Shown here: positions 60,950 through 64,000 of the stretch, piece after piece
Numbering within the stretch: position 1 is the first letter of the stretch
Layout: the number at the start of each line of letters is the position of its first letter
Assembly (NCBI GenBank): GCA_049840815.1
Contig: JASGJI010000003.1
Coordinates: 23,503 to 87,502 of the forward strand
Origin: Thermomicrobiales bacterium
GTDB taxonomy: Bacteria; Chloroflexota; Chloroflexia; Thermomicrobiales; UBA6265
Direction: 5' to 3'
DNA length: 64,000 nt
Position numbers and translations under genes: made by a program
The notes under the pieces: model-generated
What the model was told of the DNA's origin: nothing
Seen by the model: the letters and a program-made list of their open reading frames with translations, nothing else
Databases searched by the model: none

Positions 60950-62980
60950 ATGACGGGTTCTCCACGCAAGTCAATTCATCTGCGTTCGACGAATCCGGAC
61001 GCGGCGCATCGCTCACCGGGCTGGTCGGGCGAGGGACGCCCGGAGCCATCTCCGCAGGACCCTGGCCCTGGGCCAGCGGTTTCGCGCCGCATGTTCGCCA
61101 TTGGCGGTGCTGGAGTCGTCGGGGCTGCCGTGATTGGTGGCGTGCTGATGAATCAGGGTGGTGGTACGCCTCCGGCTCCGACGGCAACCCTTCCCCCAAC
61201 CGACGTGGCGCAGGCCGATCCGCCAACCGCCGTCCCCACGGTTCCCCCGACGCAGACTCCCATGTCATCGCCGACGCCTGAACCGTTCTCGGCGGACAAG
61301 GCGATCGTGGAGGCGACCATCGCCGACATGCGGGACTGGCTCGACAACGGCACGCTCACCGTCACCCAACTCGTCCAGGCATCGCTGGATCGCATCGCGA
61401 TGCTGGATGATGGTGACAGCGGCCTTGGCGCGGTGATCGAGACGAACCCCGATGCCCTCGCCATCGCGGCCCAGCTGGACGCCGATCTGCAGGCGGGAAC
61501 CGTCCATAGCGCCCTCCATGGCATCCCCTTCGTGGTGAAGGATGTCTTCGCCTCCGCCGACCAGATGAAGACCGCCAACGGCTCGCTTGCCCTGGCGGAG
61601 AACACCGTGGTGGAGGATGGGTTCCTCATCAAGCTGCTGCGCGAAGCGGGCGCGGTCCTTCTCGGCAAGGCAAACATGAGCGAGTGGGCCGGCTTCCGGT
61701 CATCCGGCCTGGCGAGTGGCTGGAGCGGTCGCGGTGGCCAGACGCGCAACCCGTACATCGTGGACATGTCGCCGTGGGGGTCCAGCTCCGGATCGGCGGT
61801 TGCGGTGGCGGCGAGTTATGTCCCGCTGGCGCTTGGGGCGGAGACCGATGGTTCCATCCTCTGTCCGGCGGGAGCCTGCGGCGTCGTCGGGTTGAAGCCG
61901 ACGATCGGCGTCACCAGTCGGACCGGGGTGCTGCCGCTCTCCTTCGCGCAGGATTCGCCCGGGCCGATGGGGCGTACGGTGCGCGATGTCGCGATCATGA
62001 TGGAGGTCATTGCCGGATACGACCCGGAGGACCCCGCCAACGGGGAATATCTGTGGAGTTCCCCCGCCGCCAACATGGCCAATCACCCGGTCGGTGATCC
62101 CGGCACGATGGATTACACCAGCGGTTTGAACGAGTTTGCGTTGCATGGCAAGACGATCGGGATCGCCCGGAGCCTCTGGGGATTCGATGCGAACGCCGAC
62201 GCGACGATGGAGGCCGTGATCGAGCGCCTGACCAACGCCGGTGTGCAGTTCGTGGACGGGATCGATCTCTACATGAACGCCACGAGCGATTCCGAATACA
62301 CGGTGCTCATCACCGAGTTCCCGGAGGGTGTGCAGCGCTTCCTCGATCGCTACATGCCGGATGGGCCGATCCGTTCGATTGCCGATGTGATTGCCTACAA
62401 CGAGGACCATGCCGATACGGAACTCCAGTGGGGCGATCAGGTGGTGCTGGAGCGGGCGCTGGAGGCCGGGTCGATCGACGATCCCTGGTACCGGGAGACG
62501 CTGGAATCCAACAATCGTGGCACGCGCGACGAGGCCATCGACGCGGTGATGGACCAATACCACGTCGACGTCCTGATTGCCCCGACCGTGAGCCTGCCCG
62601 CGCCAATCAATCCCGGCGGCGATATCGGGTTCAATGGTGCATCCGCCCAGATTCCGGCCGTCGCGGGGTATCCGTCCCTGAACCTGCCGATCGGGATGGT
62701 CGATGGTCTGCCGGTGGGCATGAACCTCTTCGGGCGCGCCTATTCCGAGCAGACGTTGCTGGAAGTCGCCTACGGATTCGAGCAGATCCTCCAGGCGCGC
62801 CAGGCCCCGCAGTTCGTTGTCCTCGATGCCCAGACGCTCGCCGCCGATCAGGCTACGGCTGAGGCGTCGTCGGGCGGTGCGGACACCCCGGTCGCCGATG
62901 ACGGATCGTCCAACGACAGCGGTTCCGATGGTTCCGGCACCACCGATTCCGGTGCCGGGGACGATACCAGCGGTACCTGA
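60950..62980 (+). CDS. Amidase-signature family enzyme, exported or membrane-anchored
   Basis: LHGIPFVVKD, GKANMSEW, GSSSGS, ETDGSI, GLKPT; N-terminal SRR plus TM and Pro/Thr linker. Confidence 0.92.
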   Translation: MTGSPRKSIHLRSTNPDAAHRSPGWSGEGRPEPSPQDPGPGPAVSRRMFAIGGAGVVGAAVIGGVLMNQGGGTPPAPTATLPPTDVAQADPPTAVPTVPPTQTPMSSPTPEPFSADKAIVEATIADMRDWLDNGTLTVTQLVQASLDRIAMLDDGDSGLGAVIETNPDALAIAAQLDADLQAGTVHSALHGIPFVVKDVFASADQMKTANGSLALAENTVVEDGFLIKLLREAGAVLLGKANMSEWAGFRSSGLASGWSGRGGQTRNPYIVDMSPWGSSSGSAVAVAASYVPLALGAETDGSILCPAGACGVVGLKPTIGVTSRTGVLPLSFAQDSPGPMGRTVRDVAIMMEVIAGYDPEDPANGEYLWSSPAANMANHPVGDPGTMDYTSGLNEFALHGKTIGIARSLWGFDANADATMEAVIERLTNAGVQFVDGIDLYMNATSDSEYTVLITEFPEGVQRFLDRYMPDGPIRSIADVIAYNEDHADTELQWGDQVVLERALEAGSIDDPWYRETLESNNRGTRDEAIDAVMDQYHVDVLIAPTVSLPAPINPGGDIGFNGASAQIPAVAGYPSLNLPIGMVDGLPVGMNLFGRAYSEQTLLEVAYGFEQILQARQAPQFVVLDAQTLAADQATAEASSGGADTPVADDGSSNDSGSDGSGTTDSGAGDDTSGT

Positions 62981-63105
62981 TCGCCACTTGCCGACAACAC
63001 CTGGGCTTTCGTTCACCGTCCCGACCCGCTACACTCCCGCCGGGAGCATGCGAGGGGAGATGGTAGACGCCGATCCGTGTGGTCGGACAGGAGCGCAGGC
63101 AGAAC

Positions 63106-64000
63106 ATGGCTGAAACGCAACGCATGTCGGCGGATGCACTCGTCGAGGTCTCCGCGCTGGAACTCCGTCAGCGTCTCACCTCCGGGGACCTTTCCAGCGC
63201 CGCCCTGGTGCAGGCGTGTCTCGATCGCATCGCGGACCTGGATCGGCAAGGGCCATCCCTGCACGCCGTGATCGAAACCAATCCCGATGCGCCACGCATC
63301 GCTGCCGAACGCGATGCCGAACGGCACCATGAGAAGGTTCGCACTCCGCTGCACGGTCTGCCCGTCCTCGTGAAGGACAACATTGCCACGGTGGATCCGA
63401 TGCTGACCACGGCGGGATCGTACGCCTTGGCCGGATCTCGCCCGGTGGCGGACGCCTTTCTCGTCCAGCGTCTTCGCGATGCCGGGGCGATCGTGCTTGG
63501 CAAGGCGAACCTCAGCGAGTGGTCGAACTTCCGCTCATCCCGTTCCCTGAGCGGCTGGAGCGGTCGCGGTGGCCAGTGCGTGAATCCCTACCAGCTCGAC
63601 CGCACGCCGTGGGGGTCCAGCGCCGGTTCGGCGGCGGCCGTCGCTGCGAGTTATGTCCCCTTCGCGATCGGCACGGAAACCGATGGTTCCATCGTCACGC
63701 CATGTGGCGCGAACGGCGTCGTCGGGATCAAGCCGACGGTCGGGCTCGTCAGTCGCCGGGGGGTGATCCCCATCTCTCACAGCCAGGACACGGTTGGGCC
63801 GATCGCCCGCACCGTCGCCGATGCCGCGATGCTGCTGAATGCTCTCGCCGCGTCCGACCCGCTCGATCCCGCGTGCGTTGGCGATCCGGATGTCGTCCAT
63901 CATAGGGCGACGTACCCCCGGCGGCCCGAAGGCATCATTGCGGACGGTATCGACTATACGGCCTCGCTCGATGTGGACGGCCTGCGGGGCGCGCGGATCG
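63106..64000 (+). CDS. Amidase-signature family enzyme (runs off the window end)
   Basis: Open frame from ATG 63106: LHGLPVLVKDN, GKANLSEW, GSSAGS, GTETDGSI, GIKPTVG; AGGAG upstream; absent from the ORF track because there is no stop in the window. Confidence 0.92.
   Translation, partial: MAETQRMSADALVEVSALELRQRLTSGDLSSAALVQACLDRIADLDRQGPSLHAVIETNPDAPRIAAERDAERHHEKVRTPLHGLPVLVKDNIATVDPMLTTAGSYALAGSRPVADAFLVQRLRDAGAIVLGKANLSEWSNFRSSRSLSGWSGRGGQCVNPYQLDRTPWGSSAGSAAAVAASYVPFAIGTETDGSIVTPCGANGVVGIKPTVGLVSRRGVIPISHSQDTVGPIARTVADAAMLLNALAASDPLDPACVGDPDVVHHRATYPRRPEGIIADGIDYTASLDVDGLRGARI

Noticed and set aside
11-63016. Other long antisense ORFs (e.g. 11-1078, 5875-7539, 23541-25379, 34787-37081, 53637-55586, 58274-60181, 61700-63016)
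   Set aside because: Each overlaps a well-supported gene on the opposite strand and has shadow-ORF composition
1-64000. CRISPR array, tRNA/rRNA, prophage, IS or integrase
   Set aside because: No regularly spaced direct repeats, no cloverleaf/T-loop motifs and no structural phage or recombinase genes were seen by eye

Overview
GC-rich bacterial chromosomal window. The gene style (many Tat/Sec proteins carrying 'ATPxASPxA' linkers, a Tat-exported family-5 SBP expansion, an F420-type enzyme) suggests Thermomicrobiales (Chloroflexota); this is inference. There are about 55 protein genes, mostly hydrolases, oxidoreductases, regulators and exported proteins. I found no rRNA, tRNA, CRISPR array, integrase or transposase. 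Points of note: (i) six full-length plus one remnant family-5 solute-binding proteins, with no permease or ATPase in the window; (ii) an AT-richer TcmP + DUF5131 two-gene cassette; (iii) a BNR beta-propeller coupled to a MoaD/ubiquitin-like protein, followed by DUF899/DoxX/DUF899; (iv) a stand-alone class II (B12) ribonucleotide reductase with a consensus NrdR box; (v) a frameshifted ECF sigma plus a multidomain anti-sigma candidate; (vi) an S9-like pseudo-peptidase; (vii) a Cys-less cupredoxin-like protein; (viii) GTAG-type REP elements; (ix) a 46-aa membrane protein missing from the ORF track. Several single-base frameshifts may be long-read assembly errors. All family calls come from motif recognition by eye; no searches were run.
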